From Candidatus Anstonellales archaeon (GTDB lineage Archaea; Micrarchaeota; Micrarchaeia; Anstonellales; J096), in NCBI GenBank assembly GCA_038890615.1, contig JAWAFI010000003.1, forward strand, positions 6,477 to 70,476: 64,000 bases of DNA, written 5' to 3'. A program made the translations under genes and the position numbers. Shown here piece by piece: positions 9,459-20,258 of this stretch. The notes under the pieces are model-generated. The model saw only the letters and a list, made by a program, of their open reading frames with translations. It was not told the DNA's origin and searched no databases. Within the stretch, counting starts at the first letter, position 1. Each line of letters begins with the position of its first letter.

Positions 9459-9861
9459 ATGGATGAAAAAGGAAGCGCCCAAGCACAGAAATACATAAGC
9501 CAGCTAATAAAGGAGAAAATGGAGCTTCTTGGATTGCTAAGGAACCTTCCGGCAGATCCTGCTGAATGCAGCAGAATAATAAGCGGGGCAATAAAATTGG
9601 CACTGAAAACCGGGGACGAAAAGTTCAGAAGATCAGTTGAAGATGCGCTTTGTTCAATAATTCTAAAGGGATGATATTGTGCCTGCTTACTCATTGAGCA
9701 TAAGGAAAATGGCCCTTGAAGCGCTTTTATCACTCAATCCCCCAAAGGCGATAACAGAGGTTTATCCTTTCCTAAGCAAGACCAAGGAAGATGATGTTGT
9801 GCTAAGGGGGATTATAGAGAAGTATGCCACGAGCAGCAAAAACAAGGTAGTAAAGGCATGA
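9459..9861 (+). pseudogene. Probable single helical-repeat hypothetical gene split by a frameshift (ORFs 9459-9674 and 9679-9861)
   Basis: Removing one base at AAGGGATG (9666-9673) joins ...CSIILK to DDIVPAYSLSIRKMALEALL..., giving a continuous HEAT-like helix pattern. Confidence 0.4.
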
Positions 9862-9866
9862 ATAAT

Positions 9867-10385
9867 TTATCGCAGGAACTTGGAAAATGAGCTTCTTTCC
9901 TCCCATTTTTTAATGTCTATAAAGCCAAAGAAGCCCCTTTTGCTGAAGCCCCAGCCAATAATCCTTTTCCCTTTTAGCTCTGCTTGGTTTTGTAAGTAAA
10001 TATCTTCACTAACCAATACATCGCGGAATGGGCTTTCATAGAAGGAAAGGCGCATATCTGCAACAAGCAAATCCAAGTCAAGGCCGTAAAAATCAAACCC
10101 TTCGCCAACAACGCACCTTGCCTCAACCTTTTGTAGCTTCTCTGCAATTTCCTTCTTCTGCACCTCAACCTGAATATGCGTTATATAAGTTGAAGCATCG
10201 TAAACATCTAAGTTTTTTGCCCTTCCTTGCCCAATGTCCTTGTCTACTATGTGAATAAGCTCAAAATGCTTCCCAAGGGACTTTATGGCTGCCACTGCAT
10301 TGCCAAGATAAGAAGGAATTGGCGAGAAGGTGTAGGCCTTCTTCTCCTTAATGGAGATCACAGGTATTTCTAACGTCATCTTCAA
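9867..10385 (-). CDS. Degenerate HisA/HisF-like partial TIM-barrel protein
   Basis: IPVISIKEKK, ELIHIVDKD..G..KN and HIQVE resemble the HisA N-terminal half. The GGG motif is missing and the protein is short (172 aa). Confidence 0.5.
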   Translation of the reverse strand: MKMTLEIPVISIKEKKAYTFSPIPSYLGNAVAAIKSLGKHFELIHIVDKDIGQGRAKNLDVYDASTYITHIQVEVQKKEIAEKLQKVEARCVVGEGFDFYGLDLDLLVADMRLSFYESPFRDVLVSEDIYLQNQAELKGKRIIGWGFSKRGFFGFIDIKKWEERSSFSKFLR

Positions 10386-11544
10386 CTTCTGAATTCTTCA
10401 CTTCCCTTTCCTTGCCGTCCTTCATGCTCTTCACCCTCACCACTCCTCTTGAAAGCTCGTCCTTGCCCACTATAAGTATAATGTCAAAGCCCATAGCATC
10501 AGCATATTCCATCTGCTTTCCTATCTTTCTTTCCATTAAGTCTATGTCGACAATGCAGTTGCATTTCGCCCTTACCCTCTCAGCAATTTCAAAAGCCTCT
10601 TTATAGAGCCCCTCAAAAACAACCACATATACCTTTTTCTTTTTTGGCACTTCTTTGATTAGGTTGGTTATCCTGCTTATGCCAAATGAAATGCCAACAG
10701 CTGGCTGTGAAGGCCCAAAAAGTGAAACAAGCCCATCATAGCGCCCTCCCCCTCCAATAGTGACCCCTTGTGCCCTTATCTCAAAAACAGGGCCAGTATA
10801 ATATGCCAATCCCCTTACTAAGAACGGGTCAAATTTAACAATGGGCGGGCAGAAAGAAAGTATTTCCTTCAGCTCCTTTGCTGCTTCTTCATCAAACTTT
10901 GCAAAATTCTCCAATGAAGAATCACCTGAAAGCGAAGAAAAAAGCTTAGCTCCTTTCTCACCGAATTTTTCTGAAAGCATGCTTCCAACAGCGTCCTTGC
11001 CAACCTTGTCAACTTTGTCAAGTATGCGCATTGCCTCTGCCTTCTCTTCTTCCCCAAAATCAAGGAGCAGTGAGTTTACCAGCTTCCTTGAGTTTATTGC
11101 TATTTCGCCTTCAAGCCCAAGCTTTTCCAGAGCCCTTGAAGCCATGTTTAGAAGCTCTATTTCGCACCTTATTGAGCTGCTTCCAACTATGTCTGCGTCT
11201 GCCTGAATGAACTCCCTGTACCTGTTCTTTTGGGGCTCTTCCTTTCTCCACGCCTTGTCTATCTGGTATCTCTTGAATGGCAAAGGGATAGAAGTCGAAG
11301 AAACGTAGCGGGCAAGAGGAACAGTTAGGTCATATCTCAAAGCATATTCATCCTCAACCTTAAACATCTGGCCTGCTATCTCTTCCCCTGCCTTCCTGCT
11401 GAGCACTTCTGCCATTTCAACAGCAGGCGTGTCTAATGGCAAAAAGCCATATGACTTGAAGACCTCCCTTAAGCTGGTTATTATGTACTCCTGCTTTTCA
11501 GCCTCTTCAGGTGGGATGTCCCTGAAGCCCTTTGGAAGATCCAT
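10348..11544 (-). CDS. hisS: Histidine--tRNA ligase
   Basis: PKGFRD, LRYDLTVPLAR, RYREFIQADAD, LVRGLAYYTG, GGGRYDGL and a C-terminal anticodon-binding domain. Confidence 0.97.
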   Translation of the reverse strand: MDLPKGFRDIPPEEAEKQEYIITSLREVFKSYGFLPLDTPAVEMAEVLSRKAGEEIAGQMFKVEDEYALRYDLTVPLARYVSSTSIPLPFKRYQIDKAWRKEEPQKNRYREFIQADADIVGSSSIRCEIELLNMASRALEKLGLEGEIAINSRKLVNSLLLDFGEEEKAEAMRILDKVDKVGKDAVGSMLSEKFGEKGAKLFSSLSGDSSLENFAKFDEEAAKELKEILSFCPPIVKFDPFLVRGLAYYTGPVFEIRAQGVTIGGGGRYDGLVSLFGPSQPAVGISFGISRITNLIKEVPKKKKVYVVVFEGLYKEAFEIAERVRAKCNCIVDIDLMERKIGKQMEYADAMGFDIILIVGKDELSRGVVRVKSMKDGKEREVKNSEVEDDVRNTCDLH

Positions 11545-11590
11545 AGCTAACGCTATAGGAATCCCATTTTAAAAAAGTTTGCGGAACAGG

Positions 11591-13151
<1,561 letters not shown>

Positions 13152-13318
13152 TCCGCTATCTGCGAATTTCCACTAACAATGTTACAAGGTAGTATTGTGA
13201 TGGAAGGAGTTTTTAAAGCTTTCGCCTTCTCCCGTAGAATCACTATATCTTTCGATTGTTTTCCTCAATTCATTTTCTAAACCCATAAATTTTTTAATTA
13301 AGCCACACAAATTATATA

Positions 13319-14443
13319 ATGCGAAGGCTTTCAAAAATTCAAGACATAGAGGAGCACCTGAAAACTTTTGCTGACTTGACAAGCTGGAGCCCTGCGCTTC
13401 CCGGAAGCATGCTTAGGGCGCCTGCGCATTCCTACCATAATTGGGGCATTCAGGTATTGCCTGATAATGTTGAATGGCTTTACGCAATGGCACAGAAGGC
13501 ATATGAGGTGGAGTGGGCTTACACAGACAAAGAGATAAACCTTCTTGTCGGGAATGCATCGCAGAATGCAGGGCTAAGCGATGTCAACACTGAGATGAAT
13601 AAAATAGTCGGAGCATATGCTGCTCAATTCGCCTTAATGGGAAGGGAGGGTTTGGCAGTGATGGACATAGGGGCTGGTACAGGAGCAACCTCCATCGCTT
13701 TTCTGAATGCCTTGGGATGCAGGGCAAAGAAAGTAACCCTCTTGCTTGTTGAACCTTCACTAAAAAGGCTTCAGGAAGCGCAAGAAGCCATAGCGAAGCT
13801 TGGTTTTCATTCTGTGCCATTGGCAGGGAACGATGTTAGCGTTCTTAAGCAATTTTCTGATTGCAGCATTGATATGATCATATCAAATGCAGCAATACAC
13901 CACAACTCCTTCAATGTCCATCTGGCTGAGATGAACAGAGTGCTGAAGCAAGGCGCACCGCTTATAAACGGGGATTGGCACAGCAGCATCTCAGAGAGCC
14001 CTGCAAGGGCATATTGGCTACTTTACCTTCTCCAAGAGCCGCTTGGAACCAGATTTGAAAAGGTATTAGATAATGTTGCAAGAGGGGCAAAGATGGAAAT
14101 TGCTTTTGAAAGGCAGGAGCTAAAAGAATTCAGGAAGTACTTTGGCCTTACATTGGAAATGCTTGAATGGGCTTTTATGGGCCTAAGCTCTTCTAAGAGA
14201 AAAGCAAACACAGGGATAATGAGGTTCTGGTTTGAGATAGGAAGGATATTCAGCCAGAGGGGCGAAAAGTCGCCTATTTATTTCCTTGAGGCGCATGAAA
14301 GGGCAGGCAAAAGGATTGAAAACCTGAAGAACGCAGGCTTTGAGTTTGACGAGGAATGCAGAAGAAAATACAAGGAGCTGTTAAGAAAGAAAGGCATAGG
14401 TGAGCTTGCCTGCGTGATGGTTGCCAAAAAGAGGGTTTTATAG
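13319..14443 (+). CDS. Class I SAM-dependent methyltransferase, substrate unknown
   Basis: VMDIGAGTG, LVEPS, DMIISNAAIHH, RVLKQGA. Confidence 0.85.
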   Translation: MRRLSKIQDIEEHLKTFADLTSWSPALPGSMLRAPAHSYHNWGIQVLPDNVEWLYAMAQKAYEVEWAYTDKEINLLVGNASQNAGLSDVNTEMNKIVGAYAAQFALMGREGLAVMDIGAGTGATSIAFLNALGCRAKKVTLLLVEPSLKRLQEAQEAIAKLGFHSVPLAGNDVSVLKQFSDCSIDMIISNAAIHHNSFNVHLAEMNRVLKQGAPLINGDWHSSISESPARAYWLLYLLQEPLGTRFEKVLDNVARGAKMEIAFERQELKEFRKYFGLTLEMLEWAFMGLSSSKRKANTGIMRFWFEIGRIFSQRGEKSPIYFLEAHERAGKRIENLKNAGFEFDEECRRKYKELLRKKGIGELACVMVAKKRVL

Positions 14444-15088
14444 CTTTTTTGCAATCTCTATTGCTTCTTTAAGGTCCTTGGCAACAGCAAGAGCTTTGCT
14501 GAAATCCTGCGCCTTTGAAAATTCAGTTGGCACTGCAATTACCCTTATCCCTGCTGAGCTAGCGGCTTCAACTCCTGATGATGTGTCCTCAAATGCTATT
14601 GACTTTTTTGGGCTTGCCCCTGTTTTTTCAAGGGCTTCCAAGTACAAGTCAGGGGATGGCTTTCCGCTCTTTCCTTCCTTGAGGCCTATCAGCAGGTCAA
14701 CCTTGCCATCAAGGCCTGCTGCGCCAGCCTTTTCAATGAGCCTTTGCTCAACAGAGCCAGAAACAACACCAACAACCGAGCTAACTCTTTTCATCTCATT
14801 TATCGCATGCTCTGCATAGGGAAGAAGAGGAATGCCTTCTTTTGCTGTGATTTGCCTTGCATAACCATCCCTCTTGTCCCTTAGGGCAGCGGGGTCCTCT
14901 GCCAAGCAGAATCTAGAGGACAAATTCAAAGCAATAGTTATGGCATCCAAGCCGCTTAAGGAGGAGTAATCTCTCTTGGTTATTTTATGGCCATACTCAG
15001 AAAGCACAAGGTTCCACGCCCTGAAAGCAATCCTTTCGCTGTCAGCAAGCAAGCCATCAAAGTCAAAGAAAGCAGCGTCAAACTTCAC
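14438..15088 (-). CDS. HAD-superfamily phosphatase (beta-PGM/CbbY-like)
   Basis: FDFDGLLADSE, GKPSPDLY, FEDTSSGVEAA. Start placed at GTG 15088 because the longer ORF runs into the tRNA. Confidence 0.9.
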   Translation of the reverse strand: MKFDAAFFDFDGLLADSERIAFRAWNLVLSEYGHKITKRDYSSLSGLDAITIALNLSSRFCLAEDPAALRDKRDGYARQITAKEGIPLLPYAEHAINEMKRVSSVVGVVSGSVEQRLIEKAGAAGLDGKVDLLIGLKEGKSGKPSPDLYLEALEKTGASPKKSIAFEDTSSGVEAASSAGIRVIAVPTEFSKAQDFSKALAVAKDLKEAIEIAKKL

Positions 15089-15099
15089 TGAAGCACCAG

Positions 15100-15183
15100 T
15101 GCAGGGGGTGGGATTCGAACCCACGTAGCCACTAAGGCACTAGCCCCTCAAGCTAGCACGTTTGGCCGCTCCGCCACCCCTGC
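15100..15183 (-). tRNA. tRNA-Leu(GAG)
   Basis: GCAGGGG/CCCCTGC acceptor stem, CTAGC-TTGAGGG-GCTAG anticodon arm, long variable arm, GTTCGAATC. CCA is not encoded. Confidence 0.95.
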
Positions 15184-15224
15184 TTTTGCCTATAAAATGA
15201 AAGTGGCTGTTTAAAAAAGTTGTG

Positions 15225-17045
15225 CTATTTCACGGTGACGCTTTTTGCAAGGTTCCTCGGCTTGTCGATATTCAGGCCTTTCAGCATTGCAGTGTGGTGG
15301 GCTAACAGCTGGAGGGGCAATACGCTTATTATTGGCGAAAACATAGGGAGCGTAGAAGGCACCTGAAAGAATGCGCCATTTGAATCAGAAACGCAAAAAA
15401 TTAGCCCTCCCCTTGCTTCTACTTCTTTTATATTCCCTTCCATGTCATCAAAATTTTCATCTATCATGTTTATAGCAATAACAGGAGTGCCTTTCTCAAC
15501 TAATGCAAGCGGGCCGTGCTTAAGCTCGCCTCCTGCATAGGCAATTGAATGGATATAGGATATCTCCTTGATTTTCAGTGCCCCTTCCAATGCTATTGGG
15601 TAGCTCCTTCCTCTCCCTATGTAAATAATGTATTTGTTGCCTGCAATCTTGAATGATGCTTCCTTTGCCTTCTTGTCTACCTTTTTAAGGCAATAGCCTA
15701 TCTTTTCCGGGATTCTGCGCAATTCAGAAATCTCCCTGCTAACCTTATAGCCATTCACTGCCCTGAAGTAGAGGTTAAGAAGGAAAAGCACTGCTAACTG
15801 GGAAGTAAAGGCCTTTGTTGAGGCAACGCTTAGCTCAGGCCCTGCGTAGATAAACTTGCCCCCATCAGTTTCCTCTGCAATAGTGCTTCCTGGCACATTG
15901 CATATTCCAAAAGTAGGCTTATCCCACTCGTTCACCTTCCTTAGCACATTTATCGTGTCTGCTGTTTCCCCTGATTGGCTTATGAAAACATAGAGATCAT
16001 AAGTGTCTTTAAGGGTATGAAGAGCTTCTGAAGAAAGGAAGGCATTTGCCTCTATCTCAGGCATTTTGCTGAACGAGTAGGCAGCACATAGTGCAGCATG
16101 ATAAGAAGTGCCCGCTCCAATAAAAGCGATCTTCTTTGCCTCCTTTAAATAGCTGGGGTCTATGCTGCCAAGATCCCCAAGGCCGTTCTCAGGCCTTCCC
16201 CTTTCTATCCACTCTTTAAGGAACTCCAGCCTCCCCTTTCCACTGCTTCCTGTGAGAGCCATCCTGACTGATTTTTCCTGTTCATAAATTTCCTTTAGCA
16301 TGAAGGTAGGGTATGAACCCTTTGAAACTTCAGCGCGAGCAAAGGAAAGGGTTTTTTTCTCAGTAACCCCATAAATTTTGTAGCCCTTTTGGCTTATCAC
16401 CACTGCATCCCCGTCATTAAGCGAAAAATATTCGCCGGCCCTTCCTATAAGGGCATTAACATCAGAGCTTATGTAAGTTCCATTCTTTCCTATCCCTACT
16501 TTAAGGGGGCTTCCAAACCTCGCGCCAACTAAGTAGTCAAACCCAGCACAAAGAACTGCTATCCCATAGGTTCCTTTTAGCTTCCCTTGCACATGCTTAA
16601 CTGCTTCCACTAAGCTTTTCTTCTGCTTAAGCTCTTCCTCAATCAAGTGGGCAATAACTTCTGAGTCAGTTTCAGATGTAAATTTATGCCCCTTAAGCCC
16701 CTGCTTGAGCTCTTGATAGTTTTCTATGATCCCGTTGTGGACAACTGCAACTTTCCCGTCGCAGCTTAAGTGAGGGTGAGCGTTCCTTTTGCTAGGCTTG
16801 CCGTGGGTTGCCCACCTCGTATGGGCCACTGCGAGGAAAAACCCAGGGTTCAAAAACCTGTTGTCCTTGAAAACCCTTTTCTTCAAGGTTGAAACTTCTC
16901 CTTTTATTTTCTCAACCTCAATAACTTTCCCATTCGAAATCGCAAGCCCTGCAGAATCATAGCCCCTGTATTCCAGCACTTCGAGCGCATTTATTGACTC
17001 TATTGCAGCAGGGAGGAATCCAGCATACCCGATTATGCCGCACAT
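15225..17045 (-). CDS. glmS: Glutamine--fructose-6-phosphate transaminase
   Basis: Starts MCGIIG at ATG 17045; LEYRGYDSAG, HTRWATHG, SQSGETADT, ELKHGP, PRNLAKSVTV. Confidence 0.97.
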   Translation of the reverse strand: MCGIIGYAGFLPAAIESINALEVLEYRGYDSAGLAISNGKVIEVEKIKGEVSTLKKRVFKDNRFLNPGFFLAVAHTRWATHGKPSKRNAHPHLSCDGKVAVVHNGIIENYQELKQGLKGHKFTSETDSEVIAHLIEEELKQKKSLVEAVKHVQGKLKGTYGIAVLCAGFDYLVGARFGSPLKVGIGKNGTYISSDVNALIGRAGEYFSLNDGDAVVISQKGYKIYGVTEKKTLSFARAEVSKGSYPTFMLKEIYEQEKSVRMALTGSSGKGRLEFLKEWIERGRPENGLGDLGSIDPSYLKEAKKIAFIGAGTSYHAALCAAYSFSKMPEIEANAFLSSEALHTLKDTYDLYVFISQSGETADTINVLRKVNEWDKPTFGICNVPGSTIAEETDGGKFIYAGPELSVASTKAFTSQLAVLFLLNLYFRAVNGYKVSREISELRRIPEKIGYCLKKVDKKAKEASFKIAGNKYIIYIGRGRSYPIALEGALKIKEISYIHSIAYAGGELKHGPLALVEKGTPVIAINMIDENFDDMEGNIKEVEARGGLIFCVSDSNGAFFQVPSTLPMFSPIISVLPLQLLAHHTAMLKGLNIDKPRNLAKSVTVK

Positions 17046-17055
17046 GCCTATTCCT

Positions 17056-17568
17056 CTATTCTTTTTTGTAATAAGCAAGGATCTGCCAGAAATTCCAGCC
17101 AACTGTCTTTTGCCTTGAAAGGCCAAGCTTCTTAAGCGTTTCCTTGATGTCTTTTTCAGAGGGCGCCTCAATCTCAGCAAACGCTGGTATCCCTTTATGC
17201 TCATCTATTTCTATCCTGACATTCCCAAGAATGTAAGAAGTCCTTTTCTTCTTGAGGCGCTTTATCTCTTGCATGCCAACAGAGCAGAGAATCTTTTTTG
17301 CCTCCTTAAAGTTCGAAACTCCGATCTCCTTCTCCTCCATAATTTTCATGCAGTCGGACTTCAAGCTTGTCTTGAATGTCAGCATTACCTTCTTGCCCTG
17401 CTTCCTGAGCCTCAAGATTGAGCCGCTCTTCTTAAGCTCCCCTCCCTGAAAGTCAAAATAGATGTTCTCAACAGGGCCGCAATACTCTCTTTTTGCCTTA
17501 AGCTCGGCAAGCCTTTTTTCGAGTGCTTTCTTGTCTATGTCAAGCACTTTTGTCTCAATTTCGCGCAT
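17056..17568 (-). CDS. cyaB: CYTH-family (class IV adenylate cyclase-like) triphosphate tunnel enzyme
   Basis: EIETK (ExExK), YFD, LRLR, KKRTSY, FAEIE. Confidence 0.88.
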   Translation of the reverse strand: MREIETKVLDIDKKALEKRLAELKAKREYCGPVENIYFDFQGGELKKSGSILRLRKQGKKVMLTFKTSLKSDCMKIMEEKEIGVSNFKEAKKILCSVGMQEIKRLKKKRTSYILGNVRIEIDEHKGIPAFAEIEAPSEKDIKETLKKLGLSRQKTVGWNFWQILAYYKKE

Positions 17569-17589
17569 ATGCTATATTAGAAAGCTATT

Positions 17590-18177
17590 TTAAAAAATAC
17601 TGCCCTTCCTTTCTGGAAGCACTATCGTGCCTTCTTTCTTACACCCTGCCTCATAGCCTTTGCCCTCAATAAAAAGCTTGATGGTTATTGCAGCGCATAT
17701 TGCATCCATAACATCCTGCGGCTGTTCTGGGTTTACCTTAATTCCAGCCTCATTTTCAATCCAGCTTGCTATTGCTTCCTTGTCTTTCCTGCTTATTCCA
17801 AAAAGGTCATATGTGGCTCCTGGATATACCTCATAAACCTTCGCTCCGCTCTTTTCAAGGGCTTTCTTCAATCTTATTCCCCTTTCTGTAAGCTTCCTCA
17901 TAGGACCAAGGAAAATAGGGAAGAACTTTATCCCAAGCTTCCTCAGCTCCAAGTCGCATTCCCTGAACTGCGGGCCTATCTTCCCAATACACTTCCTTCC
18001 TTTTGGAAGTGAAAGCGGGGCGTCTATCCCGATATGGGTTGCGCCTTTACAAACCTCAATAATGTCTTTGTCTGAAAAGGCAATTCCATATTTTTCCCCT
18101 TTTTTTGAAATAATGCAATAGCCGGTGCTGCGTTTTTCGCTGCCAGCCAAATCAATCCCCGCAACAACGACCATCAA
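17590..18177 (-). CDS. DUF429-family RNase H-fold putative nuclease
   Basis: GIDLAG, GIDAPLSLP, RECD, YEVYPGA, DAICAA. Confidence 0.85.
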   Translation of the reverse strand: MMVVVAGIDLAGSEKRSTGYCIISKKGEKYGIAFSDKDIIEVCKGATHIGIDAPLSLPKGRKCIGKIGPQFRECDLELRKLGIKFFPIFLGPMRKLTERGIRLKKALEKSGAKVYEVYPGATYDLFGISRKDKEAIASWIENEAGIKVNPEQPQDVMDAICAAITIKLFIEGKGYEAGCKKEGTIVLPERKGSIF

Positions 18178-18234
18178 CGGATATAGAGAGAAAGATTTAA
18201 AAATAATATACTATTTATTATAGCGGTGAACAGA

Positions 18235-18603
18235 ATGGCAGCACCAAAAAATAAGGATTTGCTTGCAACATATGGGCCTTGGTTCTTTGTACTTGCCGTT
18301 TTAGTGGCTATAGTTGCAGGCTTGCTTAGCTTGGATCCAGTGCTAGCAACGCTTTTGATGGTAGTCCTAGGTCTATTAGTAGGAATAACCAACATTACTA
18401 GTGAAGAGGAAATGCTATTCTTAGTGGCTTCCTTGGCTTTTATAGCAGGGGCAGGGTCCCTTGGTCCCCTATTTGCAACCCTAAACACAGTGTTTGCTTT
18501 CGGGACTATCCTTGCAAACATCCTTAATTACTTCGTTGCATTTGCAGCACCAGCAGCGTTCGTGGTTGCACTCAAGGCACTCTATAGGATGAGCAAGGAC
18601 TAA
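18235..18603 (+). CDS. Small multi-pass membrane protein
   Basis: Four hydrophobic segments; LVGITNITSEE..FLVA and APAAFVVALK; upstream GGTGA; AT-rich tract after the stop. Confidence 0.75.
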   Translation: MAAPKNKDLLATYGPWFFVLAVLVAIVAGLLSLDPVLATLLMVVLGLLVGITNITSEEEMLFLVASLAFIAGAGSLGPLFATLNTVFAFGTILANILNYFVAFAAPAAFVVALKALYRMSKD

Positions 18604-18669
18604 AACTAAACACTTAACCTCCTTAACTTAAATTTTTTCTAAAAATATTTTTCAATTTCTAAAATAGTA

Positions 18670-18936
18670 TTAGAGGATCCCTAAAAGGAAAAAAATCAAT
18701 ACAAGCACATATCCAGCAAATCCTCCAAAAGCAACTATTGCAATAGTTATTATGTTGATAGGAACCCCTATGCCAAAAAGATTGGTTATAAACAAAGCAA
18801 CAAGGCCAGCAACAGAGTTTAATATTAATGTTTGGAGCATCTTTGAGCCAAACCTAAAAACAAGGTAGGCAAAAACAACTGCGCATATAACAGCAATAAA
18901 AGCAGGCACTAGCATAAGCATGCTTTTCATATGCAT
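18670..18936 (-). CDS. BofA-like small membrane protein
   Basis: NSVAGLVALFITNLFGIGVPINIITIAIVAFGG pattern typical of archaeal BofA-family proteins. Confidence 0.7.
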   Translation of the reverse strand: MHMKSMLMLVPAFIAVICAVVFAYLVFRFGSKMLQTLILNSVAGLVALFITNLFGIGVPINIITIAIVAFGGFAGYVLVLIFFLLGIL

Positions 18937-18968
18937 TTTGCAAATAAAAGCTTTTTGGAAAAATAGTT

Positions 18969-19421
18969 TTGGAAATTCTAAAAAAGTTTTACAATAAAAG
19001 CCAAGTTTTTTCCTTTGAGCAGTGTAGGTTATGGGCTTAAATTAAGCAATTGCTTAAAATATACGAGAGAAAGAAAAGCTTTTTTAGTGCTTAATCAAAA
19101 AATCCGTTTACCATTTAAGTATACAAGAAAATAATTAATTTACTATATTGGTAAACAACAAACTAAAAGCACTTAGGCCTTTCCAAAAGCTGAGTTTATC
19201 ATAATGGTATGATAATGAACACTTTGGATAGCACAATAATGCTTGGTTGCTAAAAAAACCAAAAAGCTGAGAGAGAGCATATTTTTGTTTACCATAATGG
19301 TGTAGAGAAAGCACTAAAAATACCATTATGCGAAACTATACCAAAATAATGCGAAGAGTATAGGGTTTGAGCGCCAAAATAAGGAAAATAAAAAAGATTG
19401 TTGGAAATTCTAAAAAAGTTT
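18969..19421. repeat. Exact 21-bp direct repeat TTGGAAATTCTAAAAAAGTTT (18969-18989 and 19401-19421) bracketing an AT-rich non-coding region
   Basis: Read directly from the sequence. Confidence 0.85.
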
Positions 19422-19446
19422 AAGAAAATAAAAAAGATTATTAGAA

Positions 19447-19923
19447 TCAAAGTGTTGGTTTCTTGAAAGCAAGCAGGCAAAGCTCAGTTGGCCCTTTTGA
19501 GCTATTCAAATTAAGCATCACAAACTTCCTAAGCTCCTCAACCTTTTGCCAGTCAGAATAAAAAGATGCAATGAGCTCAGGGTTGTAAGCACGTAGCGAA
19601 GTATGTAAGGGGCTGTTGCTTATGAAAAGGTGGGCGTTTATGCCATCAGGAAGCGTCTTGTCTTTAAGATAAGAAAAGTAGGGCACTAGAAGAAAAAAGG
19701 AAATCTTAGGTATAAGGAATGAAGTAAGTATTGAAAAGTAAGGCCCTTTTATTGCCCTGAGTGAATCTGGATGGTCCGTAGGTCTATGGTAAGAAATAAG
19801 GATTGATGGCTCTTTTGCAAAACTGTTAAGGCGCTCAACAAAAATTGGGTAATTAAAGCCCTTCTTTGAGTTGTACCAAGCCTTAAAATACGCAACGGCC
19901 TTTTCCTTAACCTCCATGTACAA
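19447..19923 (-). CDS. Hypothetical protein
   Basis: 158-aa ORF with no recognisable motif. Confidence 0.5.
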   Translation of the reverse strand: MYMEVKEKAVAYFKAWYNSKKGFNYPIFVERLNSFAKEPSILISYHRPTDHPDSLRAIKGPYFSILTSFLIPKISFFLLVPYFSYLKDKTLPDGINAHLFISNSPLHTSLRAYNPELIASFYSDWQKVEELRKFVMLNLNSSKGPTELCLLAFKKPTL

Positions 19924-19987
19924 TAAGGCGGTAAGAAATATTTAAGCATTTTGGAAAAGAATGTAAATAGGGAGGGCTAAATGCATC

Positions 19988-20243
19988 ATGGCGACCATAG
20001 GAAGGATAGAAGAAGCAGGGAGCTTCACATGTAATAAAAGAGGCAAAGGAAATAATTGAAATAAGGCAAGAAGCTTAGGTGGGTGGGAAGATAAAGTTCA
20101 AAAAAAGGATAGAATATTTTATCAGCTCAGATGGCTCAATAGTTGAGAAAGAGTTGGTTACGGTAAGCCCTGAGGATTTCTATAAAATGAAGGAAAAGAG
20201 GAAGCTAGCACAGCTTTTTAGGGAAGGCAGGAAAATAGATTAG
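19988..20243 (+). pseudogene. Probable degraded small gene (frameshift plus in-frame TAG)
   Basis: MATIGRIEEA, then a frame change, then ASHVIKEAKEIIEIRQEA*VGGKIKFKKRIEYFISSDG...RKID*. Purine-rich coding-like composition runs throughout. Confidence 0.4.
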
Positions 20244-20258
20244 TTTCCTTTTGGCCTG

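Noticed and set aside
8777-9733. Long antisense ORF (318 aa) and similar Ser/Phe/Leu-rich shadow ORFs (386-955, 50884-51600, 52924-53682, 59043-59723)
   Set aside because: They are reverse-complement shadows of purine-rich real genes and have no motifs.
18937-19446. Possible CRISPR array or leader, and small ORFs 19135-19326 and 19289-19480
   Set aside because: There are only two repeat copies, 432 bp apart, and no cas genes. The ORFs have non-coding AT-rich composition.
20076-20078. In-frame TAG as possible pyrrolysine or stop recoding
   Set aside because: TAG terminates many conserved genes here normally, and the same locus also has a frameshift, so decay is the simpler explanation.
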